Positions 35,519-49,204 of a DNA stretch of 64,000 bases are shown here, in pieces. The stretch is taken from contig NC_043010.1 of assembly GCF_006345805.1 (NCBI RefSeq), forward strand, positions 47,058,001 through 47,122,000, written 5' to 3'. The translations under genes and the position numbers were made by a program. Within the stretch, counting starts at the first letter, position 1. The number at the start of each line of letters is the position of its first letter. The notes beneath the pieces are model-generated. The model made no database searches. It was not told where the DNA came from and saw nothing but the letters and a program-made list of their open reading frames with translations. Source of the stretch: Octopus sinensis. Its lineage: Eukaryota.

Positions 35519-38500
35519 GATCCCGAAATGGAGAACCAAGCTAATGAGCTAGTGAGTGAAGCCCCTGCAAGAAATAGCACTCAAATCTCTCTCAGATCAA
35601 ACCCTATTGTTTTAAATCAGGAAAGGACACATTTGGCAGTGTAGTCCTACATACCTCTAAAAAGACAGGATGGTCACAGCTACAGGGTTGATCTTGGCTT
35701 AAATACAACAACAACAACAACAAATATGCTGGTGGTCCCTAATGCCAAAATAAGAGCTGAGGCCACCTGAATCTCAGCAGATAGTATGCAAAAAAACTAT
35801 GGTTAAAAGGTGCTACTGGTGCTGCCAATGTCACTGTTACAATAACTATCATCAACACATTCCAGACCTGTTAATTATAGGATGTGTAGCATTAGATAAT
35901 GAGTAGTCATTGTTATACTTCTCACAGGAATATGGTGGGGTTTATACCCTCATCCATCCTAAACCAGCCATATCTGACCCAAATATTCTCTACCTTTTTT
36001 ATGTTCAAACCAGCTAGATCTAGCCTCATGCACCTATCCTACAATATCATTTAACAACAACAACAACAACAACAACAACCGCCGCCGCCACCACCACCAC
36101 CACCACCACCACCACCACCATCATCATTTAACGTCCGCTTTCCATGCTAGCATGGGTTGGACGATTTGACTGAGGTCTGGTGAACCAGACTCCAATCTGA
36201 TCTGGCAGAGTTTCTACAGCTGGATACCCTTCCTAATGCCAACCACTCCAAGAGTGTAGTGGGTGCTTTTACGTGCCACCGGCACGAGGGCCAATTGAAA
36301 TACAAGATTAATTCATGATTAATTCAAAACAATGTGAATAAATAAGGATTATATTTGACAGAGTAATCTGAATGCACAAGTAACACTGAGATTTCTTTAG
36401 AGTTTTTAGTCAAAATCTCATGGCTTGAAGACACTTAGAAGGCATCAGTATCAGTTGATAAAAATGACTTAGTACTTGACTAGTACTTTATTTTACTGAT
36501 TCTGGAAGGATGAAAGACGTAACTGACTTTGGTGGGATACAAGCTATGAACACAAAGGACTATAATTAAATAGAAGTTTTGTGATCATTGATTCATAAGC
36601 AATTAAGGTTGAAATCATGTGATTTGGTAGTCATGACACTGGAGGTGGCAGTGATTTATTTCCCCACAAGCAGTATAAACATGAGTGCACTTTGCACTAA
36701 AAGCCAATATGAGAGTTTCTCTCATGATATCTACTACAGTATAGTTTGTTCCAACAGAATATCCACATAAGATATTACCTCTTGGTATTAATACAGCCTT
36801 TGTTGCTAATATATGTTTTTTAATGACTTAGTGTTAAGACTGAGTCTTCTTGCATGAGAATGAATATGAAGGGAAATAAAACTAGTACAAGATTATTTTC
36901 ATATATATTATAAATACTCCACTCTCACTTTCTGTTTTAATAAACATGTTTCCAAAGCGAACAATTTACAAACAGTCTCTCAAGGATTTATCATATTAAA
37001 GGATCACTATGACAAAACAACAGGAAACAGAGAAGCTTTTCTGTTAGTTGGACAGCTCACTGTTAGGACAGTATATTTTCTCGACAGACTAATAGTCCTG
37101 ATTTACAATGCAACCAATGTATAATCATTACTAGCAGAGGTCATGTCTTTGGGACTATGATAATGCCTATGTGATACACTGAGTTTCTATTTAAGGAGAG
37201 GAAGAATGAAGACCAACATTACTGACTTCCTTGTCAGGTCACACAAATTGCTTAAACTGCCAGTGGTGCAAATCACCCATGTATACCCTGTATTAACTAA
37301 TGGTGAATTATGTAGTCTTGTAAAGTCCGTTCCAAGATGTCATTTGCAACAACAATCATTATCATCACCATTCATCATGTAACATCCACTTTACCATTCT
37401 TGCATAAATCAGCTGAAATTGGTTGAGGCTGATTTTCTATGGCTGGATGCCCCACATGTGATCAACTCTCACCTGTTTCCCAGCAAGATAATATTTCCTC
37501 ATAGCCAAACATGTTGTTCATGGAAGACTGGAAATAAACAACATCACTTGTATGATGGTGATGCTCATTTGCAAACATGATGTCTGGATAAGGTACACAT
37601 GAATACACACACACATGCATACAAACACACATGATGGGATTCTTTCAGTTTCCATCAATCAAATCCACTCTCAAGGATTTGGTTGGCCTGGAGCTATTTT
37701 AAAAGACACTTGCCAAAGGTGTTGTAGAGTGAGATTGAACCTAAGACCATATGGTTGAGAAGTAAGCTTCTTAACCACACAATCATGGCTGTTTCTATGC
37801 TATTTCTCCTTGTGATACTCTTATTTTAGAAAGCAACAGTTTGTGTCAAATTTGTTAGAAAGATTGGTGGTCCACACTGGCAATAAAATTATAGAAATAT
37901 GTATAAGATACTATGTATAGTATACTAGTTTCCATTTTATGGCCCTGCAGAGAGGTAAATATGCAAAGAGGTAAAATATAACTGACCACTGGGACAATAA
38001 ATATCAATAATTTTACTTCATTCTCCTGTCAAAATTGTAGTTGATGGGAAAAGAAATATAGGGATAATTAAAAGCAGACCACTTTAGTAAAAGTAAAGAG
38101 GCTCAATTTTAAATGATTAAAAAAGATATTCAAACACATAGTTATAAATAATAGCATGTAAAAATTGGGTTGCAAAAACGCTTTTGGATAGGAAAGGTCA
38201 AACCTGGGTCCAATGATAGAATACCTCTCATGGCCTACAGGAGATGCAGGCAGGTCCATCATCAGACTTTGGTGCCTGGGAGTGTTTCAAAATATTCTGG
38301 GTGGGCACTAATTTGTAATAATGCTAAAGTGGAGTAAATAGTGATGGGGTAGTAGTGCTCTCCAGTCACTGATGAGATCCCTTAGCAACAGGCATGGATG
38401 GAGATTTGAGTCCCACATGCAGCCTTTTAAAAGGGTTTTTCTCCAATATTTACATACCTTTATATGTGCTTTGGGATCCATTATTCAAAGAAAAAAATTT

Positions 38501-38582
38501 CAAATTCTCTTGAAAGTTTATAAATTCTTATGTCAACTTTTAGTTATATTTTTTTGAAGTGAACACACAAGTTATAACTCAC

Positions 38583-38763
38583 CTTCAAGACCTCTGTCAT
38601 CACACTTTCTTCAAGACATTTATTATTCTTGGAAATCATGCTCGATGCTAAATTCACCGCCCATGATAATGGACTTCTGATGAATTTAGCATAACCCCAA
38701 TACAGCCAACCCATTGAGACACTTTCTGCTTCCAAAACAGACAAAGTTTTCAGTTTACCAATC
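38583..38763 (-). CDS. CHMP7: CHMP7 coding exon 2: (R)IGKLKTLSVLEAESVSMGWLYWGYAKFIRSPLSWAVNLASSMISKNNKCLEESVMTEVLK
   Basis: ctttttcag/GTGAGT, 181 nt, phase 2-0. The WLYWG...PLSW motif corresponds to human WISWG...PLKW. Confidence 0.93.
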
Positions 38764-39892
38764 CTGAAAAAGAAAACAAAAAACTATAAATAATAACTAT
38801 AAATAAATTATAGTTATACTTGGGGATGTTATATTTTTCACACATTACATCCAATTACTCTTATGCCCAGTTTTTCTCTCAGCACATACAAATATGTCAT
38901 TCATGCACACTTACATTGCACACCCAACAAAGCATATTCCCTTCATTTCTTTCCAGTCTTTTCAAGTTCTCTGCATTCAAAGTTCATGTCTTACTGCTAT
39001 GCAGCATTGCAATTCTAACACAAGCACTGTATAATATGCCCTTGATGCTGAGGGAGAAGATCTTTGTTGCTTGCTGCAGATGTCCCTTGAACTTTCTCCG
39101 GCCCTTTCTTACCTTGGTTGCTATATGATTTAATATATGAGCAACCCCATTCTCAATCTTACATTATTTTATTGAGTTCAACATTGATTAATAAAGTAGG
39201 ATAAAACTGAGAATAGAAAGCTGAAAAATTATGCCTGGATTGAAAGGATGTGCAGTAACACACTGTAAACAAATAAAATGCTTGTTAAGAAGCCAGAGGG
39301 ATCAGATAGTTGAGTAGGGAATTATAAACCAAGTCAAAAGGTTGAGAGAAACTGCTGTATGATATAATCAGTGCAACAAATTTATTTAACAAGAGAATGA
39401 AATCCATTACTGTTAAAAACTTGATTTCTGAAAAATAAATAATAAATAACAATAATAATCCTTTCTAATATAGGCATAAGGCTTAAAATTTTGTGGGAGG
39501 GGAAAGTCGATACATCAACCCCAGTGCTTGACTGATTTATTAACTGACCCTAGAAGGTTGAAAGTATAAGTCGATCTTGGTGGAATTTGAACTCAGAACA
39601 TAATGAGTTGAAAGAAATACTGCTAGGCATTTTGTCCCAGGCTCTAAAAATTCTATCAGCTCATTGCCTTAACAACAACAACCATGACAATAAAATTTTG
39701 ACACAGGGCTAGCATTTTTTGAGAGTGGAGGTGGATGAAGTTGACTACATTGATTCCAGCACTTGACTGGTAACTTATTGTATCAATCTTGAAAAGATGA
39801 GTAGTAATGTCGACCTTAGTGGATTTGAACTCAGAATGTAAAGGCAGATGAAATACTGCTAAGAATTTTGTCTGGTATGCTAATAATAATAA

Positions 39893-40250
39893 TAAGAGCA
39901 CTCAGAGAGAGCAAACCTCTGCTAAGGCAACACCAACGTCCTCTCAACGATTAGCCAGAGATGATTTTTAAAATGAGAATATCTGAAATAAACTCGACTG
40001 CTCTCACAAACGAGAATGCTAAAAATGAACCTGACCGCTCTCAAAAACTAAGTTAAAAAAACAGGAAAAATAATCCTTGTCTGGTACCAGATTGCTCCCA
40101 AAATCTAATCAGTTTGTGCCAGTTATGAGGCCAAATATTCCTGAAAATTTCAACCAAATCCATCCAGTGGTTCTTGAGATATCTTGTCCATGGAAAAACA
40201 AACAAATACGTCTGAAAACAACACCTCCGCCTTCACAAAGGCAGAGGTAA
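39893..40250 (+). mobile_element. Non-autonomous Helentron/DINE-1-like element
   Basis: 5' aagagcactcagagagagcaaacctctgctaaggc and a 3' GC stem-loop acctccgcct-tcacaa-aggcagaggt. A related motif occurs near both ends. Family assignment is inferred. Confidence 0.55.
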
Positions 40251-41729
40251 TAATAAAAGATACCAATGTTAGTTACTAAAAATAAAAAGCAAAGCATACT
40301 GATAGAAAAATGGAAAGGACTGATATAAATAAACTAAAATGTGAAAGGGTTTCCTTTAAAATGCTCCATAATACTCATTTGTGATTGATTGAAACTAGTT
40401 AAAAGAGGAAATGGCAACAGAGGAAAGCTGCAGTGATTATTGTTTGTCTCTTCAATACAGACTGCTTCAGTTAAAAATCAGATAAATAACATAGAGTGTA
40501 AATGTCACAATGTATAACTTGTAATGATTAAATGCCAGTTATGAAAAATTAATATTGGGAGAAGGAGTTTGGCAAAAATGTAGAAAAGAAAAAAAACCAA
40601 CGCTCAGATTTAATGTTTTTGGTTGTTCAGATTTTATTCCCACTGAAAATTGGAAACTGCATCAAAATCAATATCTATCATTTCATTGACTTCAAGGATT
40701 TAAATATTAAACAATAAAGATCATTAATTTCTGAAAGTTAACATTTTTTTCTATTGCTATTATTATCATTGGCAAGCTGGCAGAATCTTTAGCATGCCAC
40801 ACAATATGCTTAGTGGTATTTTGCCTGTTGTTACATTCTGAGTTCAAGTTCTGCCAAGGTTGACCTTGCCTTTCATCCTTTCAGGGTGGATAAATTAAGT
40901 ACCAGTTGTATACTGGGGTTGACGTAATCGATTAGTCCCCTCCCCACAAATTTCAGGTCTTGTTCTTATGGTAGAAAGGGTTATTATTATTATATTTATT
41001 AAGGCAGCGAGCTGGCAGAAACATTAGCATGCCGGGCGAAATGCTTAGTGGTATTTCGTCAGCTGCTACGTTCTAAGTTCAAATTCTGCCGAGGTTGACT
41101 TTGCCTTTCATCCTTTTCAGGGCTCAATTAAATAAGTACCAGTTGTGTACTGGAGTTGATGTAATCGACTTAATCTGTTTGTTTGTCCCTTCTATGTTTA
41201 GCCCCCCGTGGACAATAAAGAAATAGGCATTTCATTCATCTTTACATTCTGAGTTTAATTTTCGCCTTTCATCCCTTTGGGATTGATAAAACAAGTACCA
41301 TTTGAACACTGGCATGAATGTAATCAACTTACTCCCTTACCCAAAGTTTCAGGCCTTGTGCCTAGAAAAATCCCATTCAAAAAACAAAAACAAAAAATGT
41401 CCCAGACAGTTAAACAGATTTAAAATTTTAAAAGGCTGTGTGGTTAAGAGGCTTGTTTTGCAACCATGTGCTTTTAGGTTCAGTTTCATCTAAATTTCTA
41501 TGTTAATTTATACCCCAAATACCAACTTAATAATGACAAAGTTATTTTACTAATTTTTTATTAAAACAAAGGCAGTGAATTTCAGCAGAAATATGACAAC
41601 AAAAAGGTGGTTTCAAAAGCAAAATGTCTATTATAGCATTGGACTACAGAGTACTATTATATCCTCTTTGGACAAGCCTTTTCATTCAATATGCCTCAGT
41701 TCATTTAGTTAATATTAGAAACTAAGCAA

Positions 41730-42140
41730 GGCGCAGGAGTGGCTGTGTGGTAAGTAGCTTGTTTACCAACCACATGGTTCCAGGTTCAGTCCCACTGCGT
41801 GGCACCTTGGGCAATTGTGTTCTACTATAGCCTCGAGCCGACCAAAGCCTTGTGAGTGGATTTGGTAGATGGAAACTGAAAAGAAGCCCGTCGTATATAT
41901 GTATATATATATCTATGCATGTGTGTGTTTGTGTGTCTGTGTTTGTCCCCCTCGCATTGCTTGACAACCGATGCTGGTGTGTATATGTCCCCGTTACTTA
42001 GCGGTTCAGCAAAAGAGGCCGATAGAATAAGTACTGGGCTTACAAAAGAATAAGTCCTGGGGTCGAGTTGCTCGATTAAAGGCGGTGCTCCAGCATGGCC
42101 GCAGTCAAATGACTGAAACAAGTAAAAGAGTAAAAGAGTA
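41730..42140 (+). mobile_element. Full-length SINE family B copy (young)
   Basis: ggcgcaggagtggctgtgtggtaag (A-box-like), ggttccaggttcagtccc (B-box-like), body, and (gagtaaaa)n tail. Confidence 0.9.
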
Positions 42141-42357
42141 ATTGGTGGAAATTTTACCCCATTGGAGTTTAGCATCCTACATGGGAGAAGTTCTAAATTT
42201 ATTTAATTAAACCCTTTTGTTACTATATATCTGTTGAAATACACTGCCCTGCTGGTATAAATTTTGAGAATAACGAAGAATTTAGTAAAATAAGTTTGTC
42301 ACTATTAAGGTCGTTTTTGAAATGTAAATCAGCATGCAACTTTGATGGAACATTTTC

Positions 42358-42590
42358 AATTAAGTTAAGTTAGGTTAAGTTAATTTTTTGGCTCAAAAAG
42401 CAAAAAGCAAGGCCATGTAGGGGGACATGGAGTTATGTACAGGGAGGGTGTTCATGCAAAGAGTTCAGGCCATTTCTGGTCAAGAGAGACTTTGAACCGA
42501 GTGGTTGTCGGCATCATCACTATCTCGTCCGGCAGCTTATTCCACGGATCCACAACCCGGACAGAGAAAGCCCCTCTCCTTCGATTGTGA
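42358..42590 (-). mobile_element. CR1/L2-type LINE 3' fragment with (TAACT)n-like tail
   Basis: The reverse strand reads HNRRRGAFSVRVVDPWNKLPDEIVMMPTTTRFKVSLDQKWPELFA*. Confidence 0.8.
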
Positions 42591-44290
42591 TGAAATTAAA
42601 TTACTTTGAAAAAGGAAAGTTGTATCATAGAACCAAAGGCCCTCTCAGACAGTTTAGTATCAAAAGTGTTATTACTACAACATCATCATTTAATATCTGT
42701 TTTCCATGCTGACATGGGTTGGACAGTTTGACAAGCAGGAGAGCTGCACCAGGTTTCAGTCTGATCTGGCTTGGTTTCTATGGCTGGATGACCTTCCTAA
42801 TGCCAACTACATAACAGAGTATGCTAGATGCTTTTTACATGGCACCAGCACAAATGTTTTTACGTAGCACCAGGATAGGAGCTTTTCATGTGGTGTCAGC
42901 ATGGTTGCTTTTACATGGCACCAGCACAGGCCTCTTGCAGGTCAATCCTCTTCAGTAGGGGGAGCAGCATGAGAATTAAGCAATTAATAAGAATTAACTA
43001 CTCATCTTACAGATTTTTGTAGTTTGTAATAAGATTGCCCATTTGTTTTTAAGGTAGGCAGAGAGCATGATGAGAAGACTAATTGAATTTTGTATAGTAT
43101 ATAAAATGAAATAGTGAGATGAGATTGATGTGAAATATACTTTGAAGAGGCAAGTTTTTCACTTTGCAATCCCATGACTTCAGGCTCAGTTCTTTCATAT
43201 GTTACCTTGAGCAAGTGGTTTCTAGTATAACCTTGAGCTGACTAGCACAAGGAAACTGTGTACAAGTCTATCATTCATTCATATACACACATATGCAGAT
43301 ACATGCATATATATTTGAGTTTGTGTTTGTACATGTGCGTGCTCTTCTATGTGTATGCCTTACAGTGACATCACTTAAAAACCAGTGTTCAATTATTTCT
43401 GTCCCATAACGTAAGGGTTTGACAAATAGAGATTGAGAAGATAAGCACCAGACTTAAAAATAAGATCTGGGAGTCGATGAGCTAGACTAAAATTGTTCAA
43501 GGTAGTGCCCAAGCATGGCTGCAGTCTGTTGATTGAACTTGATGGTCTATGTGGGTGTGACAAGAAGGCAAGACGGTAGAAGTGATGAGGGGTAGGTGCG
43601 TAAGTGAGAGATGAGAAGGTGTGGGTGTGTGTATCATACTCATCATCATTGTCATCATTTAATGCCTGTTTTCCATACTGGCATGGGCTGGATGGTTAGA
43701 CCAGAGCTGGCAAGCTGGAGAGCTGAACCAGGTTCCAGTCTGATTTGACTTGGTTTCTACAGCTGGATGTCCCTCCTAATTCAAACCACTATATAGAGTG
43801 TGATGAGTGCTTTTAATGTGGCACTGGCATGAGCACTTCTATGTGGCATCGACATGAATGTTTTTTACATGACCCCAACACAAGACTCTTGCAGGGCAAT
43901 CCTCTTCCCCAGGGGATTGGCCTGTAAGAGTCCTGTACTGGTGCCACATATAATGCAAGTGCAGCCAATTATCTTCTTCAAACAAGATATCTGTTCCTAT
44001 CTCTCTACCATATTTTAGCCTCTCACCACCTAGCATAAACCAACTCCTTCTCTACAACTCCACTCAGTCAAGGGGGCTTTTTGTCTTGCAAGTTATTTGG
44101 TGATCTGACTAGTATCAGTGTTAGGAAAAAAAGGACTCAGTATACTCCGTAAAGTGGTTGGCATTAGGAAGGGCATGCAGCCATAGAAACCATGCAAAAG
44201 TAGACATATATATATATATATATATACATATTTCGTTTTTGGATTTGGTTTGCAAGATTCTTTATATGAGTTTGTGTGTTGAAGCATATT

Positions 44291-44546
44291 CTGTTGTGTC
44301 TGGGGAGAGTTATTTTCTTTTTGTGCCTTATAATGTAACACACTCACTGGTAAAATTTCCACTTGTTTCTTATTTTACTTTTCCTAAAATTTTCGTTGCG
44401 TCTTGCAACCTTTTCAATAGTCTTGATTGAAAAGGTTGCAAGACGCAACGAAAATTTTAGGAAAAGAAAAATAAGTGGAAATTTTACCAGTGAGTGTGTA
44501 ACATTATAAGGCACAAAAAGAAAATTACTTTCCCCAGACACAACAG
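44291..44546. repeat. Long palindrome: about 125-bp arms with a 7-nt loop
   Basis: ctgttgtgtctgggga...ttgcaaccttttcaat-agtcttg-attgaaaaggttgcaa...tccccagacacaacag. Confidence 0.92.
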
Positions 44547-44548
44547 TA

Positions 44549-44624
<76 letters not shown>

Positions 44625-44689
44625 CACATACATATATACATATCACCTTGACCGACCAGTCTATCGGGCATCCATTTGACACCGCTGAT

Positions 44690-45096
44690 CACAGCACACT
44701 GTCCACTCCTCTATGGATCACGCCTTCCTCATCCATGTGGTCCCAATCACCCTCCTAAAATTGTAACTCCACCGTCGTGGAGGCCTTCTGAGTGGTCGTT
44801 TCCGCTTGTGCGGGTACCACTCGACAACTGCGCGGGTCCACTGATTATCAGTGAGCCAGGCAACATGTCCAGTCCGTCTAAACTTGCTGCGTGTATATTC
44901 TACGATGACATCCCCCACGCCTGACTTCTGTCTGATGACCTCGCTATTGATGTGCTCTCTCAACAAGATTCCAAGCATTGACTTCTCCATGGCTCTTTGA
45001 GCCGTTACCAATCTCTACGCTTCTCTCTTTGTTGTAGCCCATGTTTCACTACCATATAACATTGCAGGTAGAACTGTGCTATTAATGAGGTTAGCA
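44690..45096 (-). mobile_element. RTE-type LINE ORF2 C-terminal fragment
   Basis: STVLPAMLYGSETWATTKREA*RLVTAQRAMEKSMLGI...GHVAWLTDNQWTRAVVEWYP...RPPRRW. Confidence 0.85.
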
Positions 45097-45601
45097 TGGG
45101 TGGTCCTGTCCAACTTTCCCTTGTGCACATCCCTTATGACATTAAACCCCTTCCATCCAGACCTTACTCTCTGCCGGATGGAAGGCGTTTAATATATATG
45201 TATATACATACATATATATACACACACACACATATATATATATTTCATTCTCTCTCTGTTTATTTTCTCTTATTCCTTTCTGTTGAAGAGTGTAGGCTCG
45301 AAACGTAAAAGACTTTCTCGCATTCCTGAGCATCAAACTAATACACCTGCTTGTTGTTCATACACCTGTCTTCGTCTTTTGTGTTTCTATAAATTTCAAC
45401 TATATATGTGCGTGTTAAATTCAAATTACGATGAAAGTAAACAAAGTTTGCCTTAGAAGCATTGAGATGTCTTAAAAAGTTGAAGAAGTGATTTTAAATT
45501 CTCAAACGCAGGATAATGTTAATAATATAACCTGAACAGGATTAGCTACCCCTATTTTTGCAGAAAAAAGTGTTGGTAGCAGCAGCAGCAATAATAATAA
45601 A

Positions 45602-45830
45602 AGGCGGAGAGCTGGCAGAAACTTTAGCGCGCCGGGCGAAATGCCTAGCGGTATTTCGTCTGTCGTTACGTTCCGAGTTCAAATTCCGCCAAGGTCAACT
45701 TTGCCTTTCATCCTTTTGGGGTCGATAAATAAAGTACCAATTTCGCACTGAGGTCGATGTAATCGACTTAATCCCTTTGTCTGTCCTTGTTTGTCCCCTC
45801 TATGTTTAGCCCCTTGTGGGCAATAAAGAC
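45602..45830 (+). mobile_element. SINE family A, near full length and young
   Basis: ggcggagagctggcagaaactttagcgcgccgggcgaaatg...gagttcaaattccgcc...agccccttgtgggcaataaag. Confidence 0.9.
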
Positions 45831-48006
45831 ATATATAAATAATAATAAAAGCCATGATGCAATACCAGGCACTGGCTCTCATGGCTTCTGATTTAACTGA
45901 TTGAAGGTTTTATGTACATGGTTTGTCTTGATATCAAAAGATGGGTGACAGCAAATATTCTGCTCAATACCACAGATTTGCTTGTCAGTTGCTTGACATT
46001 AACCAGTCGAGCATGTTCCTTAATGGCTGACGATATGCGCATCTCTTATCACGAGCAGAAGTAGTGGGGGAGCATCAAAGTCATATGTTGAGAGGAATTC
46101 TTTGGAGTTTGACTAATTCATCCTTGGAAATATGGGTGTTTCGTTCAACATCCTTAAACAACTCTTATTCAGGGACCTTTTGAGTGGGATGGGCTACTTG
46201 ACCCGAAGAAGATTCTAACTAGGTCCCATTTGCAAGGTCATGTGCTGTTTAACTTGATATGAGATTACTATGTCACACACATATGGTTGTGGTGCATGTG
46301 CCTGGTGTACCCCTATCAGACGGGTAGTCATGATGGGTATACTGGGCTTCTTATATTTGTATCTCAGTGTCACTCTGCTCTCTCACTCAATAATGGAGAC
46401 CCCCTTTGGTCATGAATGACCATAGGATTGCACCTAGAAAGTTACCCTCCGAGGCACAAGTCCAGGCAATGTTGTATGTAGAAGGCCAGCAGTCGCCCAT
46501 GTATATCAGCCTCCTCTCTCCACACCACTGATGTTATCCAAGAGAAAGATAAAGACCAATACAGCTTGGCACCAGTGATGTTGCAACTTATTTCTACAGC
46601 TGAGTTAATTAGAGCAATGTGAAATAAGGTGTCTTGCTTAAGAACACAACATGCTGCCCAGTCCAGGAATCGAACTCATAACCTCACGATTGTAAGCTCG
46701 AGACTCTAACCACTGAGCCATGCACCTTCACTCAATAATAATATATTTATAATGTACATACACACACACAAACATGATGGCAGTACATTCTGTAATGATA
46801 AGAGGTTGAGGAAGTGATGAGATCAGCTTGCAAGATGAGGGCCTGACAAGTAAGATAGTACAGGACTAAGACAGGTAATAATCTGCTATAAACCTAACAC
46901 ACTGAATTTATGACAGTACAGGAAAACAATTAGGATGATCATAACTCTGTGTGTGTGTGTGTGTGTGTGTGTGAACATGCATGTGTGTGTCTGAATGGTC
47001 AATTATTGTTAATGTGTTGCAATTCATTGGATATGAGTGATTTATTCAGTGTGTAGAAACAGGACTTGTTCCAGTGCTAAATAAGTCTTTTTTTCACATA
47101 TATTTGATGAGGCTTTTCTGAGTTGTTTAATTCTGTTCCATGTTTTATATTTAGAATAATGTAGCTTTAAATATTTTAATTTGCTGTTAACTTTAAAAAA
47201 ACACCTTGTGATATATCTCAGATTAAATCACTCAGAATGTTTTGAGTTCAACAATGAATGCTTAAATTATACACATACGTTCATCATCTTCATCATTTAC
47301 CATCCGTTTTCCATGCTGGCATGGACTGGATGGTTTGACCAGAGCTGGCAAGCAGGAGGATTGTGCCAAGTTCCAGTCTGATTTGGCTTGTTTCTACAGC
47401 TGGATGACCATCTTAATGCTAACCACTTTACAGAGAGTGTGGGGTTTTACATATGTGGCATCGACACAGGTGCTTTTATGTGGTGCTGGCACAGATAGTC
47501 ACAGTATCATTTTATATACAGGACTATCAGATGTTATACACCACTGGTCACAATGCACTTTCTTGCATTGTTGTAGCTTTTGAATAATGCCATTCTGCTG
47601 GCTAGGCAGACAGGCTAACATTGTCACTGAATGACTACTCTTCCTGTCACCAACTTTCAATTGTTTCCAAGCAAGGTAATATTTTGCCATGGAAGACAAA
47701 AAACATACAACAGCACTTGTATGATGGTGATGTCCACTTACAATAATTTCACACACACACATAACATAACTTGAGTTTCTATCTATCAAATCCACTTGGA
47801 AGGCTTTGATCATTCTGGGGCTGTAGTGGAAGACACTTGCATGTGTTCATCATCATTATCGCTTTAACATCCACTTTTCCATACTTGCATGGATCAGATG
47901 GAACTAAGTGAAACAGATTTCCGTTCAGGGCCAAGACAGTTAACAGATGACCATAGAGTGGATGACTGCTTAGATGGCTTGTTGCAAATACTAAATAAGT
48001 CGGGTT

Positions 48007-48250
48007 GGAGGTGCGTGGCTTAGTGGTTAGGGTGTCAGCACCATGATCGTAAGATTGTGGTTTCAATTCCTGGACCGGGCGACGCGTTGTGTTCTTGAGC
48101 AAAACACTTCATTTCAGGTTGCTCCAGTCCACTCAGCTGGTAAAAATGAGTAATGATGCAATGGACTGGCGTCCCGTCCAGCTGGGGAACACATACACCA
48201 TAGAAACCGGGCCCATGAGCCTGGCTAGGCTTTAAAAGGGTGCATTAATT
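48007..48250 (+). mobile_element. tRNA-type SINE, family C
   Basis: A-box tggcttagtgg, B-box-like ggtttcaattcc, body gtgttcttgagcaaaacacttc. Reverse copies near 13990-14120, 20740-20900 and 46560-46730. Confidence 0.8.
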
Positions 48251-48813
48251 TATTATTTACTTGGTTAATATAATTTTATGCAGCAGATTAGGAGTAAGAG
48301 ATAGTTGGTTAGAACTTGAGGTTCATGTAAAAAGTAATGCTATATAGTAATACAACATAGGCCAAGATATAGGAAACATATGGTGATGAAAGAACAAGTT
48401 GAGTGTGAAACCATCGTACCAGATTGCATGCAAATAAGATGAGAAAATAGTTGGGCATTAACAACACTGAGCAATGTATACAGGAGAGATAACTGATGCA
48501 GGTTGGGTGAAAAAGTGCTGTGATCTGGCATTGAAAGTATTCTTTATAAAAGTAGACCAAGAACATTGAAAAGAACTGTAGAACTATCCAAAACAAAATA
48601 ACACTGAGAAGGGCAGAAAACATGATAGGATGCTTGGTTACCAGTCACATCTTTTCACCAGCAGTGCACAAGACTTGTACCTAAAACACAATAATCAACA
48701 ATTGAGCCGATATAGTTGTATACACACCACAGTAAATACAACACACTGTGGGGGTCATACATATATCACCGTAAATATAATACAATGGGGACAGGCCAAT
48801 CATTCTCTTTTAT

Positions 48814-49016
48814 TACTCTTTTACTTGTTTCAGTCATTTGACTGTGGCCATGCTGGAGCACCACCTTTAGTCGAGCAAATCGACCCCAGGACTTATTCTT
48901 TGCAAGTTTAGTACTTATTCTATCGGTCTCTCTTACTGAAATGCTAAGTGACGGGGACGTAAACACACCAGCATCGGTTGTCAAGCGATGTTGGGGGGTC
49001 AAACACAGACACACAA

Positions 49017-49047
<31 letters not shown>

Positions 49048-49204
49048 CACGACAGGCTTCTTTCAGTTTCCGTCTACCAAATCCACTCACAAGGCTTTGG
49101 TCGGCCCAAGGCTATAGTAGAAGACACTCGCCCAAGGTGCTACGTAGTGGGATTGAACCCGGAACCATGTGATTGGTAAGCAAGCTACTTACCACACAGC
49201 CACT
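48814..49204 (-). mobile_element. SINE family B copy (young, inverted relative to 41730-42140)
   Basis: Reverse complement of the family B consensus along its full length. Confidence 0.9.

Noticed and set aside
48007-48080. tRNA gene (A and B boxes present)
   Set aside because: No convincing cloverleaf. It continues into a SINE body with several copies in the window; the same applies to the family A and B heads.
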